Origin: Pseudomonadota bacterium
GTDB lineage: Bacteria; Pseudomonadota; Alphaproteobacteria; Rhizobiales; UBA4765
Assembly (NCBI GenBank): GCA_041694995.1
Contig: JBGFRS010000049.1
Span: 38,001 to 102,000 of the forward strand
Length of the DNA stretch: 64,000 bases
Direction: 5' to 3'
Shown here: positions 52,146 through 61,958 of the stretch, one piece after another
Layout: the number at the start of each line of letters is the position of its first letter
How positions within the stretch are numbered: position 1 is the first letter of the stretch
The notes under the pieces: model-generated
Seen by the model: only the letters and a program-made list of their open reading frames with translations
The model's database searches: none
Told to the model about the DNA's origin: nothing
Program-made: the position numbers and the translations under genes

Positions 52146-54347
52146 CTACCCTGCCCTCGCGACGCCGGCGGCTTTCTGCGGCCGGTCGAGGCCGAGGCTT
52201 CGCGCGAGGTAGGCGGCGGCCTCGTCGGCCGGCAGCGCCTTCGAGTAGAGCCAGCCCTGGACCTCGTGGCAGCCCGACAGCCGCAAGAGCAGTTCCTGCT
52301 CCGGCGTCTCGATCCCTTCCGCCGTGACCTGCATGCCGAGCGCGATGCCGAGCGAGGTGATGGCGTGGGCGATGGTCGCGCCACCGCCGCCGTCCATGTC
52401 GCGCACGAATTCCCGGTCGATCTTGATGCGCTGGATCGGGAAGCGGCGCAGATGGGACAGCGACGCATAACCCGTGCCGAAATCGTCGAAGGCGATGGAC
52501 ACGCCGAGATCGTGCAGGGCCGCGAGCATCTTGCGGATGTCGGCACCTTCGTCGAGGAGGATGTTTTCGGTCACCTCGATCTCGAAGAGCCGCGGGTTCA
52601 GGCGATGACGGGCGAGCACCTCCGCGATCGTCGTGGGAAAGGTCTCGTCGCGGAACTGCGCCGGCGAGAGGTTGACGCCGATGCGCACCGCCGGAAGGCC
52701 CTGATCGAGCCAGGCGCGGGCCTGCGCCGCCGCCGTCTCCAACACGAAGGCGCCGGCGAGCGCGCCGAGGCGCGCATCCTCGAGGGCGGCGATGAAGGTG
52801 CCGGGCATCAACAGACCGCGGGTCGGATGGCGCCAGCGGATGAGAGCCTCGAAGCCTGCGACCGACTTGTCGGAGAGGCGCAGCTGCGGCTGATAGAACA
52901 GCTCGATCTCGCCGCGCTGAAGCGCGCCATCGAATTCCTCGACGACCTCGCGGCGCGCCTCGACTTCGGCGCGCATCGTCGATTCGAAGAAGCGGTGGCT
53001 GCGCCCGCCGGAATTCTTCGCCTCGTAGAGGGCAAGGTCGGCGTTCGCCATCACCTGGCTCGGTGTCATAGCGGAATCCGCGATGAGGAACGCGCCGATG
53101 CTCGCGCCGGAATGAACTGTGTGCGCGCCGAGATTGATCGGCGCCTCGAAGATGGTCCTGATCTCTTCCGCGATGCGATCGGGCTCGGCCACATCGACGA
53201 TCGCCGGCACGAGCAGGGCGAACTCGTCGCCGCCGATACGCGCCGCCAGCAAGCCGCCCCCGCGCAGGCCGCGGAGGCGGCGCGCGACTTCGATCAGGAT
53301 ATCGTCCCCGGCCGAGTGGCCGAGCGAGTCGTTGGCTTCCTTGAAGCGATCGAGGTCGAGGAGGAAGAGCGCGGCCGGATATCCGGTCTCGCAGGCCGCG
53401 ATCGCATCGGCCACCGCCGCCTCGAAAGCGCCGCGGTTCGCAAGGCCCGTCAGGTGATCGCGCGTGGCGAGGTGTTCGATGCGCCGCCGTGCGACCTCTT
53501 CCGCCGTCACATCACGCCCGATGCCGCGATAGCCGAGGAAGGTGCCATCGCCGCCGAAGATCGGCTTGCCGCTGATCGACATGGTCACGGCGAAGTCGCC
53601 GCGAGCGCGTGTGTAGCGGAAATCCTTGAACGGAAGACGGGCTTCGAGTGTCGCCTTGTGCGCACCCCAGAACGGATCCTGGTCGGGGTCGACGCCCGCG
53701 AAGTCCCAGCGCGTGCGCCCGATCATCTCCGAAATCTGCATGTTCACCTTGCTCTCGACCTCGGCCGAAAAGAAGGTGAATCGGAAGTCGGCGTCCTGCT
53801 CCCAAATCCAGTCCGTCGCAACCTGCAGATAGTCTTGCCAGCGGCTCTGGGCGCGGGCGCCCTCGAGTGCGCGGATCACGAGGCCGGCGAGGTCGCGCAG
53901 CGTCGCAATGTCTTCGTCGCCAAGCCCCTCGGGGCGCGGCTCGAGGCCAGCGACCGACAGCGCGCCGATCGCATGCCCTTCGGTGCTGATCAGCGGCACG
54001 CCGGCATAGAACCGCAAGCCCGGATAGCCGCGAACCTGCTCGATGTGCGCGAAGCGCTCGTCGCGGCTTGCATCCGGCACGACGAGCGCGACGGGTTCTC
54101 GAACCGTATGCGGGCAAAAGGATTGACCCGCGTCGACTTCGGCGAGCTCGGCGCCCGCCATTCCTTTGACGAGCACCTTGTCGCCCGCGAGAAGACTCAG
54201 GCCCGACAGCGTGGTGCCGACGAGCCGGGCCGCGATCCGAGTCAAACGGTCGAGATCCGCCCGCAACTCCGTTGAATGCAGCGCAAACCGATCGAAGGTG
54301 CTGTCGACGCGCTTGCGCGCCTCTCGGGATGGGCTGTCAGAAGCCAT
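52146..54347 (-). CDS. cytoplasmic GAF-PAS-GGDEF-EAL protein
   Basis: Start at Met13 of track ORF 52146-54383. GAF-like N-terminus (RFYAGVPLISTEGHAIGALSV). Contains RIGGDEFALLV, FEALIRW and DDFGTGYASL. Confidence 0.9.
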   Translation of the reverse strand: MASDSPSREARKRVDSTFDRFALHSTELRADLDRLTRIAARLVGTTLSGLSLLAGDKVLVKGMAGAELAEVDAGQSFCPHTVREPVALVVPDASRDERFAHIEQVRGYPGLRFYAGVPLISTEGHAIGALSVAGLEPRPEGLGDEDIATLRDLAGLVIRALEGARAQSRWQDYLQVATDWIWEQDADFRFTFFSAEVESKVNMQISEMIGRTRWDFAGVDPDQDPFWGAHKATLEARLPFKDFRYTRARGDFAVTMSISGKPIFGGDGTFLGYRGIGRDVTAEEVARRRIEHLATRDHLTGLANRGAFEAAVADAIAACETGYPAALFLLDLDRFKEANDSLGHSAGDDILIEVARRLRGLRGGGLLAARIGGDEFALLVPAIVDVAEPDRIAEEIRTIFEAPINLGAHTVHSGASIGAFLIADSAMTPSQVMANADLALYEAKNSGGRSHRFFESTMRAEVEARREVVEEFDGALQRGEIELFYQPQLRLSDKSVAGFEALIRWRHPTRGLLMPGTFIAALEDARLGALAGAFVLETAAAQARAWLDQGLPAVRIGVNLSPAQFRDETFPTTIAEVLARHRLNPRLFEIEVTENILLDEGADIRKMLAALHDLGVSIAFDDFGTGYASLSHLRRFPIQRIKIDREFVRDMDGGGGATIAHAITSLGIALGMQVTAEGIETPEQELLLRLSGCHEVQGWLYSKALPADEAAAYLARSLGLDRPQKAAGVARAG

Positions 54348-54475
54348 TCGGCGGGCCCGTGCTGGAATGTCACCCGCCCTCAAAGTCGCGGCTAAATCTT
54401 GAAAAAATGTTTCCCGCTTTACAGTCCACCGTCAAAATTGACGAGGGGCGCCTCGGATTTTCAACCGCTGATTGA

Positions 54476-54679
54476 TCAAGCCACGTCCTTCAACCCGTAA
54501 CCCGCGCGCGTGATCGCGGCCTCGAAATTAGCGCGCGCCTCGTTCGTGCCTTCGATGGTCACTTTGCCGGACGGCAGGTCGACGGCCACCGCCGCGTTCG
54601 GATCGACGCGCTTCACGGCCTTCTCGACCGCCTTCACGCAGCCCATGCAGTCCATGCCCGTAACGTTCAACGTGACCAT
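54476..54679 (-). CDS. heavy-metal-associated (CopZ-like) domain protein
   Basis: Start at Met14 of track ORF 54476-54718. Reads MVTLNVTGMDCMGCVKAVEKAV with a CxxC metal site. Confidence 0.82.
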   Translation of the reverse strand: MVTLNVTGMDCMGCVKAVEKAVKRVDPNAAVAVDLPSGKVTIEGTNEARANFEAAITRAGYGLKDVA

Positions 54680-54865
54680 AGCAGCCTCTCGCTTGATCCG
54701 GCATTCCGCCGCGGACATGTATCTGGGGATGCCACCGCCGATCGGTCAAGGCCTCGGTGGCGCATGAGTTCGGATCGTGCCGTCTCGACGCATCGGTCGT
54801 GTTGCGTATTGCACGTGCGGCAGGGACTGCGGACGTTTGCGGCGCCAACATTGCGAGCTTCCGCC

Positions 54866-55903
54866 ATGCGCCTCCTTCGCCGCGTCGTCACCACTGCCGG
54901 CCTCGCAATCGTGGCGATCGCCGCTGCCACGGCATGGTGGTGGACGCGGCTGCCGCTTGTAACCCTGATGCCAGCCGAACGCGGGCCGGTTGCGGAAGTG
55001 GTCTATGCCACGGGCGTCGTCGAGCCGGTGCATTGGGCGAAGGTGGTGCCGCTCGTGCGGGGTCGCCTCGTGGAACTGTGCGGCTGCGAAGGCGAGCGCG
55101 TGAACCGCGGCGACGTGCTGGCGCGGCTCGATGACGCCGAGGCGCGAGCGCAGGCGCGCGAAATCGACGCGCGCGTGGAACTCGCCGCCCGAACCGTCGA
55201 CCGCCTGCAGGAGTTGCGCACGCGCGGCGTCGCGACGGCCGAAGCCTTTGACCGCGCCAATGCGGAATACACGCAGGCCCGCGCGCTGGCCGCGGCGCAA
55301 CGCGAGCGGATCGAGAACATGGTGCTGCGCGCACCCCAGAGCGGCATGGTGCTCCGCCTCGACTTCCGCGTCGGCGAGATCGTCGCAACCACCGATACGG
55401 TGGCGTGGGTCGGGCAGCCGCGCCCGTTGCGCATCGTGGCGGAGGTTGCCGAAGAGGACATTGCCGGGGTCACCCCCGGGCAACGGGTGCTGCTCCGACA
55501 CGATGGCTTCCGCGGCCGTACCCTCCTTGCCACCGTCGACACCATCACGCCCAAGGGTGACCCGGTGCAGAAGACGTTCCGCGCGCACCTCTCCCTGCCC
55601 GACGATTCCCCCCTACGCATCGGCATGTCGGTTGAGGCCAACATCGTGCTGCGCGAACGCGACAACGCCATCACCATTCCCGCGGATGCCGTTCGCGACA
55701 GCGCGGTCTTCGTGCTCGTGGACGGGCAGGCCCGCCGCCGTCCCATCACGATCGGCATTCGCGGGCTGCGCGGAGTGGAGGTCGCACGCGGTCTTGAGGC
55801 TGGGCAGCGTGTCATCGCCCCGGTTCCCGACGGGCTAACGGACGGCGCACACGTACGAACCGCTGATACCACCATCTTCGATCTGTTCCGAGGGCGACCA
55901 TGA
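54866..55903 (+). CDS. HlyD/membrane-fusion family periplasmic adaptor
   Basis: ATG 54866 in track ORF 54764-55903. N-terminal TM, coiled-coil hairpin (AEARAQAREIDARVELAARTVDRLQEL), and VLRAPQSGMVL. Confidence 0.82.
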   Translation: MRLLRRVVTTAGLAIVAIAAATAWWWTRLPLVTLMPAERGPVAEVVYATGVVEPVHWAKVVPLVRGRLVELCGCEGERVNRGDVLARLDDAEARAQAREIDARVELAARTVDRLQELRTRGVATAEAFDRANAEYTQARALAAAQRERIENMVLRAPQSGMVLRLDFRVGEIVATTDTVAWVGQPRPLRIVAEVAEEDIAGVTPGQRVLLRHDGFRGRTLLATVDTITPKGDPVQKTFRAHLSLPDDSPLRIGMSVEANIVLRERDNAITIPADAVRDSAVFVLVDGQARRRPITIGIRGLRGVEVARGLEAGQRVIAPVPDGLTDGAHVRTADTTIFDLFRGRP

Positions 55904-57135
55904 ACCTCGTCTGCCACGTCGCCTTCACGCACATTCGCGCCCGCGCACGGCAGACCTTCGTCGCCATGATCGGGGTTGCGACGGGCGTTGGCTTTTCGAT
56001 CATGATGGCCGCGCTGATGGAGGGATCGCAGGAGGACTTCATCAGAACCCTGGTCAACGCGCTGCCGCATGTCTCCATCACGGACGAAACACGCAGCACC
56101 GATCCGCAACCGGCGGAGACGGTATATCGGGCCGTCGCGATCCAGGGGCTGAAGCCGGAAGACGGTCGACGCGGCATCAAGAACCCCGCCGAGACGGTGG
56201 CGGCCCTGGAAGGTTGGATCGACGGGGGTGTGGCACCCTATGTTGCAGTACGTGGGATCGTGCGCGTCGCTGGACGTGAGATCGGTGTCTCGATCCTCGG
56301 CCTCGACCCGCGTCGCGATCGGCGCGTGTCAAACCTTCACGAGCAAATGCGGCAAGGCCGAATAGATGACCTCAACACTGCTGCGAACGCCATCATCATC
56401 GGCTCGCGACTTGCAGAGAAGCTCGGAGCGCGCCTTGGATCGCGCGTGGACGTGGTCGCTGCGAACGGCACGCGCATGCAGGGCTTCGTCACCGGCATCT
56501 TCCATTCGGGCGTGCGGACGCTGGACGAGGGTCAAGTCTACACGCTGATGCGCACGGCGCAGATTCTCGCGGGGCGCACCGGCTACGTGAACGAAATCCG
56601 CGTCCGCATCGCAGACCCGATGAACGCGCGGGAGGCCGCGCGCCGTATCGAGGCCCGCGTGCCTTACAAGGCTCTATCCTGGCAGGAAGCGAACGAAGAT
56701 CTCCTGAACGCGTTCCAGATTCGCAACTTCCTCATGTACACGGTGGTCGGTGCCATTCTTCTCGTTGCGTCGTTCGGCACCTACAACATCATCTCGACCA
56801 TCACGCACGAGAAGGCGCGCGACATCGCGATCATGAAGTCCCTGGGGCTCAAGGAATCCATGGTTCGCCGCATCTTCGTCGTCGAAGGATTGGTGATCGG
56901 CGTTCTCGGCTCCGTGCTCGGTTGGACCGTCGGGTATCTCCTGTGCCTCGGTGTCGGCTCCATCGAGTTCAAGAGCCCCTTCGTCGATGCCTCGCGGCTG
57001 CCGCTTCTGTATCATTGGTCGCACTATGCCATTGCGACCACGGTCGCCGTGCTCGCCTCCGCCGTCGCGGGCTATTTCCCAGCCCGGAAAGCCGCGCGCT
57101 TGCATCCCGTCGAGATCATCCGGGGCGCGACGTGA
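55900..57135 (+). CDS. ABC transporter permease (FtsX/LolC-MacB type)
   Basis: 411 aa with TM1, a large periplasmic domain and 3 C-terminal TMs. Overlaps the adaptor stop. Confidence 0.82.
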   Translation: MNLVCHVAFTHIRARARQTFVAMIGVATGVGFSIMMAALMEGSQEDFIRTLVNALPHVSITDETRSTDPQPAETVYRAVAIQGLKPEDGRRGIKNPAETVAALEGWIDGGVAPYVAVRGIVRVAGREIGVSILGLDPRRDRRVSNLHEQMRQGRIDDLNTAANAIIIGSRLAEKLGARLGSRVDVVAANGTRMQGFVTGIFHSGVRTLDEGQVYTLMRTAQILAGRTGYVNEIRVRIADPMNAREAARRIEARVPYKALSWQEANEDLLNAFQIRNFLMYTVVGAILLVASFGTYNIISTITHEKARDIAIMKSLGLKESMVRRIFVVEGLVIGVLGSVLGWTVGYLLCLGVGSIEFKSPFVDASRLPLLYHWSHYAIATTVAVLASAVAGYFPARKAARLHPVEIIRGAT

Positions 57136-57854
57136 GCAACGGAACGCCGCCGGGCGAGGTTCTCATCAGGGCGCGCGGCCTGACGCGCATCTTGCCCGGC
57201 ACCGTGCCCGTCACGCTGGTACGCAACATCGATCTCGAAATCAGGGCCGGGGAATTCGTGGCCATCACCGGGCCGTCCGGCTCGGGCAAGTCGTCGCTTC
57301 TTTATCTCTTGGGCCTTCTCGATCTGCCGACCTCGGGTGAGGTTACCATCCTTGGTCGCGACACCGCCGAGATGGACGAAGATGAACGCGCGCGCGTTCG
57401 CCTCGCGACGCTCGGTTTCGTGTTTCAGTTCCACTTCCTATTGCCTGAGTTCTCGTTGATCGAGAACGTCACGCTGCCCATGCGCGCCTTGGGTCAGCGC
57501 ACGGACACTGAGATGGTGGATCGGGCGGTCGCTATCCTCGATACGCTCGGCTTGAAGGACCATGCGCGCAAGCGGCCGGATCAACTCTCCGGCGGCCAAC
57601 GGCAACGCGTCGCGATCGCTCGCGCGCTCGCCAACGAACCGCCCGTGATCCTTGCCGACGAGCCGACCGGCTCGCTTGATTCCAAATCGTCGCAACAGGT
57701 CTTCGACATCCTGCAGGCGGTGGTCGACGAGAAAGGAAAAACCGTCGTCGCCGTGACGCACGACCTCGGTTACGCGGCACGAATGGACCGGCGGGTTCAC
57801 CTCGTCGATGGCGCGGTCGCGGAAATCGTCGACCAGCGACACGCCGCCGCCTGA
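57132..57854 (+). CDS. ABC transporter ATP-binding protein (LolD/MacB-NBD type)
   Basis: GTG 57132 overlaps the permease stop. Contains [24 protein letters not shown] and [11 protein letters not shown]. Confidence 0.88.
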   Translation: MSNGTPPGEVLIRARGLTRILPGTVPVTLVRNIDLEIRAGEFVAITGPSGSGKSSLLYLLGLLDLPTSGEVTILGRDTAEMDEDERARVRLATLGFVFQFHFLLPEFSLIENVTLPMRALGQRTDTEMVDRAVAILDTLGLKDHARKRPDQLSGGQRQRVAIARALANEPPVILADEPTGSLDSKSSQQVFDILQAVVDEKGKTVVAVTHDLGYAARMDRRVHLVDGAVAEIVDQRHAAA

Positions 57855-57861
57855 GAACCCC

Positions 57862-58464
57862 CTACCCCCGCAGCACGATCACCGGATCGCCCACGCGCAC
57901 GCGCTCATAGAGATCGATGACGTCCGCGTTGTGCATGCGGATGCAGCCGGAGGAGACAGCCCGTCCAATCGATTGCGGTTCGTTCGAGCCGTGAATGCGG
58001 AACAGCGTAGCGCCAAGATAAAGGGCGCGCGCACCGAGCGGGTTCGCCGGCCCACCGCGCATCCACCGCGGCAGATCGGGCCGCCGCCGCAGCATTTGCG
58101 GAGGGGGCGTCCAGTCGGGCCATTGCGCCTTGCGTGAGATGCGGTTCGTCCCGGCCCACTGGAAGCCTTCGCGGCCAACGCCGACCGAGTAGCGAATGGC
58201 CCGCCCGCCTGCCTGGACGAGATGAAGGGTTCGCCGGCTGGTGTCGATGACGATGGTGCCGGGCCGTTCGCGACCCGACCAGCCGACCATTTCACGTGCC
58301 GACTCGCCATGAATGAACATGGCATCGAAGGGATGCCGAGCGACACCCGCGCTCGGCACGATACCGAGGCCGCCCGCGCAACCGCCGAGCGATGCGGCGG
58401 TCCCGCCGAGGGCGACCAGTCCGAGACCCTTGAGCACGCGGCGCCGCGAAATCCGATCGCTCAT
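57862..58464 (-). CDS. L,D-transpeptidase (YkuD) lipoprotein
   Basis: Start at Met26 of track ORF 57862-58539. Tat-like RRRVLKG and lipobox LGGC. Catalytic HGSNEPQSIGRAVSSGCIRM. Confidence 0.85.
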   Translation of the reverse strand: MSDRISRRRVLKGLGLVALGGTAASLGGCAGGLGIVPSAGVARHPFDAMFIHGESAREMVGWSGRERPGTIVIDTSRRTLHLVQAGGRAIRYSVGVGREGFQWAGTNRISRKAQWPDWTPPPQMLRRRPDLPRWMRGGPANPLGARALYLGATLFRIHGSNEPQSIGRAVSSGCIRMHNADVIDLYERVRVGDPVIVLRG

Positions 58465-58572
58465 CTGCACGCCCCGTTCTGCATGCGGACCCGAACACTC
58501 CGAATTCGGAATTAAGCGATTGCCCCTCGACGCGCACAACCCGGCGCTGCAGATTTGGGCGCACTGTGGCGC

Positions 58573-58959
58573 TCAGGGCACGATCGCCTCGCACTCGACC
58601 TCGAAGAGAAACGAAGATGACGCGAGGCCGGCGACGACGAGGTAGGTCGAGGCTGGAGCTACCCCCGGCATCAACCTCTGGCGCCACTTGCGTGCGACCA
58701 TGACGTCACCGGGGGCCACCATGAAGCTGGTGACCTTGACGATGTGCTCCGGTCCGGCGCCGGCAGCGGCGAGGCAGGCGATCAGGTTGCGGAAAGCCTG
58801 CTCCACCTGGGCATCCAGACCTTCGAGGACCGTGCCGTCGGCCCTGACGCCGACCTGACCGGAAACGACGATCCGGCGCGCATTCGCCGGGTGTATGACG
58901 ACCTGGGAGTAGGTCGATGCCGGGGCAGGGACGGTCGGCGGATTGAGACGTTCCAACAT
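58573..58959 (-). CDS. RidA/YjgF family protein
   Basis: Start at Met88 of track ORF 58573-59220. Contains STYSQVV, RIVVSGQVG and IVKVTSFMV. Confidence 0.78.
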   Translation of the reverse strand: MLERLNPPTVPAPASTYSQVVIHPANARRIVVSGQVGVRADGTVLEGLDAQVEQAFRNLIACLAAAGAGPEHIVKVTSFMVAPGDVMVARKWRQRLMPGVAPASTYLVVAGLASSSFLFEVECEAIVP

Positions 58960-59080
58960 GGGCGGTTCCTTTTTCCTGCCGGCATACACCGGACGCGCCG
59001 CATGTGTTACGGCTACAGGAGACGAATCGTGCGAATCCTGATTCGGTCGGCATGCTGAGGCAAGGGCTGAAATCGACGCT

Positions 59081-60349
59081 ATGAGCTTCCTGAGCTCGTC
59101 CGTGGTAGTCGTCGCGATGGCGATCGTCTCCGTGTCGCTCGGCGCGCTCGGATTTCTCGCCGTTCGTCTCGATCTCGACACCGCCGCCATCCTCGCCATC
59201 GCGTCGTTCTGCCTCCTCATCGTCCTGCAATTCGTCGCGTGGCGCGGCCAAGATCGTCAGACGACGAGCCGGGGCTTCGAGGATCTCGGGCGGGTCATCG
59301 AGCGCTTGACGCGGGACGTGGCCATGCTCGCCAACCGCGTCGGCGCGATCGAAGCCGCCGGCGCCGCCACCGCGGCCAAGGACGTGGCCGCGCTGAAGCG
59401 CGATGTCGAGGCTATCCGTACGCATCTCGACGATGTTTCCGCCGCGCTATCGGAGCAGGGCGCTGCCGTGGCTGGCCTCGTGCAAAGCGGCGTCGCGCAG
59501 CCGACCCCTGGCCCGCCGCCGGAGCAGAGCCGAAAAGGCCGCTTTGCTGGGCTAACGAAAAAGGAGAGCACCGCGCTGGTGGCAGCGGCGATCGACGCCG
59601 GGCGAATCGAGATCCTGTTGCAACCGATCGTCACCCTGCCGCAGCGCAAGATCCGTTGGTATCAGGTGCACGTCCACCTCAAGACGGAGCGCGGCGAGGT
59701 CATGCTCGCCGACGATTTCGTTCCGGCGGCTGAGAGCGGTGGCCTCACCGCCCGTCTCGACGCCACGATCCTATTCCGTTCGGTGCAACTCGTCCGTCGC
59801 CTACAGGCGCGCAATCGTGACATCGGCATCGTGGTCGGCATTTCTGCGACCACGCTCGCAGGCGGCGAGGGGTTCTCTCCGGTCGTCGAATTCCTCGCGG
59901 CGAATACAGTGATTGCGCCTTCGATCGTGATCGAGGTGCCGCAGACAGCCTATCGGCGCTTTGGACCGATCGAATTCGAAAGCCTCGCCGCGATCGCTCG
60001 CCACGGGTACCGCTTCAGTCTCGCGGATGCTCGCGACATCCGATTCGACGCGCGCGAGCTGTCCGACAGGGCTTTCCGCTTCGTCAAGGTTCCGGCCAAC
60101 GTTCTCCTCGGGCGAGCCGGCGCATTGCCGACCGACCTGCATCCGGCCGATCTCGCGGACCTCTTGGCCCGCTATGGGATTGATTTGGTGGCTGATCGTA
60201 TCGAGGCGGAAGCGACGGTCGTGGACCTTCTCGACTTCGACGTGCGTTTCGGGCAAGGGGTGTTGTTCTCGCCGCCACGACCGGTCAGAGCCGATGTGCT
60301 CGCGGACATCGGCGCCCCGCCGCCGGAACGCCGGGCGGCGGCATCCTGA
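59081..60349 (+). CDS. membrane-anchored protein with degenerate EAL domain
   Basis: Two N-terminal TMs, then a coiled-coil, then an EAL-like fold (LLQPIV, VKVP, GQG). The catalytic EAL, Asn and DDFGTG positions are replaced (VHV, ISA, LADARD). Confidence 0.7.
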   Translation: MSFLSSSVVVVAMAIVSVSLGALGFLAVRLDLDTAAILAIASFCLLIVLQFVAWRGQDRQTTSRGFEDLGRVIERLTRDVAMLANRVGAIEAAGAATAAKDVAALKRDVEAIRTHLDDVSAALSEQGAAVAGLVQSGVAQPTPGPPPEQSRKGRFAGLTKKESTALVAAAIDAGRIEILLQPIVTLPQRKIRWYQVHVHLKTERGEVMLADDFVPAAESGGLTARLDATILFRSVQLVRRLQARNRDIGIVVGISATTLAGGEGFSPVVEFLAANTVIAPSIVIEVPQTAYRRFGPIEFESLAAIARHGYRFSLADARDIRFDARELSDRAFRFVKVPANVLLGRAGALPTDLHPADLADLLARYGIDLVADRIEAEATVVDLLDFDVRFGQGVLFSPPRPVRADVLADIGAPPPERRAAAS

Positions 60350-60355
60350 GAAGGG

Positions 60356-61246
60356 GTGCTCGTGTCTCGATCGTTGATGGCCGCGACCGCGGCGCCGCCT
60401 CTTGTCAGGCTGTCGGAAGTCGCAGAGCGGTACGACGCTATCTTCTCTGACGTCTGGGGCGTCGTGCACAATGGTCTGCGCGCGACGCCCTCCGCTTGCG
60501 AGGCGCTTGTCCGGTTCCGCGCAACCGGCAAACCCGTCATCATGGTTTCGAATGCGCCGCGGCCGGCGTCTGCGGTAGCCGGTATGCTCGACCGATTGGG
60601 CGTCCCGCGGGACGCGTACGACGAGATCCTGACATCCGGTGACCTCACGCGCGCTTATGTCGCGGCCGACCCTTGGTCATGGGTACACTTCGTCGGGCCC
60701 GAGAGGGACCGCAGCATCTTCGACGGCCTTGATGCGACATTCTGCGATCCAGATGAGGCGGACTTCGCGGTCTTCACCGGCCTTGTCGATGACGATGTCG
60801 AAACCCCCGAAGCCTATCGCGCCCTGCTCGACACCTATCTGGAGCATGACGTTCCCTTCATCTGCGCCAATCCCGACATCGTTGTCGAACGCGGCAATCG
60901 CCTCGTGTTCTGCGCCGGGGCGGTTGCAGAGCTTTATAAGGCGATGGGCGGTGCGGTGACCTATTTCGGCAAGCCCCACGCGGAGGTCTATGCCGAAGCG
61001 CAGTCCCGCCTTGCGGCCCGAGTGGGGCGTGACCTCGAACCGCAACGCATGCTCGCGATCGGCGACTCGGTGCGCACGGACCTCGTGGGTGCGCGCGATG
61101 CCGGGTTCGATGCGCTGTTCCTGGCAGGCGGCATCCATGCGAATGAATCAGGTTCGCCAGACGCCCTTGCATCCGCGCATCTCGCGCATCTCTTCCGCGC
61201 AGCGCGCGTGGCACCGATCGGGCTTGCCTGGCACCTCGTGTGGTGA
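60356..61246 (+). CDS. HAD-IIA hydrolase (TIGR01459-like)
   Basis: Contains YDAIFSDVWGVVHNG and VIMVSNAPR. Start is GTG 60356 or ATG 60377. Confidence 0.75.
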   Translation: MLVSRSLMAATAAPPLVRLSEVAERYDAIFSDVWGVVHNGLRATPSACEALVRFRATGKPVIMVSNAPRPASAVAGMLDRLGVPRDAYDEILTSGDLTRAYVAADPWSWVHFVGPERDRSIFDGLDATFCDPDEADFAVFTGLVDDDVETPEAYRALLDTYLEHDVPFICANPDIVVERGNRLVFCAGAVAELYKAMGGAVTYFGKPHAEVYAEAQSRLAARVGRDLEPQRMLAIGDSVRTDLVGARDAGFDALFLAGGIHANESGSPDALASAHLAHLFRAARVAPIGLAWHLVW

Positions 61247-61249
61247 GGA

Positions 61250-61927
61250 TCAGGCGAACAACTTGTCGATCGCGCTCTGATCGGCGGCGGTGTTTGCGAG
61301 CAAGGCGTCAACCGCTGCCTGTTCGATGGCGACGCCCTTTGCTTGCGGCCCATTGAGAAGAAGAGCCCGCTTGCGACGGGCGCAAGCATCCTCGCTCTCA
61401 TCGGCGGGGCCGCCGAGATCTTCGACACGAACAGCAGCCGCAAAGCGCGCAACCCGCGCCTCGATGGCTTGCAAGGTCTCAACCACCTTCGCGATTCGCT
61501 GACCGGTCAGGTCCTGGAAGGCGCACGCCTCAAGAATGCGCAGCGCATTGTCCTGAACGAGTTCGGCGCAACCAGGATCGCTCGCGTCGGCACCGAGAAG
61601 CGCTTCGGCACAGCTCATGATGGTGTTGGTCGCTTCCTCGGTCGAACGCACGATCTGGTCGAGTTCGTGCCCCGCCGCGGGCAGGCGCCGCGACTTCAAA
61701 TCGTCGACCCCGAGCGCGGCGATCTCTCGACGCATACCGGTGATGTAACGCGCGATCTCGACGAGTTCGCTATACACTTCGCGGTCGAAGCGGGCGTAGA
61801 AGGCCTGAAGCGATTCTGCCGTCAGCTCTGCAAGCGTGATGACGTCCTTGAGCGAGGGCTCGGTACGGTCGTCGTCCTTCAGATAAGTGACGAGCCGATC
61901 CAGCGCCGGCTTCGACAGGCTCGCCAT
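61250..61927 (-). CDS. cheZ: CheZ-like protein phosphatase
   Basis: Start at Met7 of track ORF 61250-61945 (GGGGAGAG upstream). Contains EACAFQDLTGQRIAKV and a C-terminal CheY-binding-like tail QSAIDKLFA. Confidence 0.75.
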   Translation of the reverse strand: MASLSKPALDRLVTYLKDDDRTEPSLKDVITLAELTAESLQAFYARFDREVYSELVEIARYITGMRREIAALGVDDLKSRRLPAAGHELDQIVRSTEEATNTIMSCAEALLGADASDPGCAELVQDNALRILEACAFQDLTGQRIAKVVETLQAIEARVARFAAAVRVEDLGGPADESEDACARRKRALLLNGPQAKGVAIEQAAVDALLANTAADQSAIDKLFA

Positions 61928-61958
61928 GGCCCTCTCCCCGTCCACTCGTTACCGCTTG

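Noticed and set aside
54690-54760. Possible MerR/CueR-type promoter for the CopZ-like gene (minus strand TTGACC-N19-AGATAC).
   Set aside because: The -10 match is poor. The only dyad in the spacer is the trivial CCGATCGG, and no MerR-family gene is nearby.
58499-58510. 12-bp perfect palindrome TCCGAATTCGGA in the L,D-transpeptidase upstream region.
   Set aside because: It is short and centred on an EcoRI-type hexamer. It has no second copy or obvious partner regulator, and could be chance.
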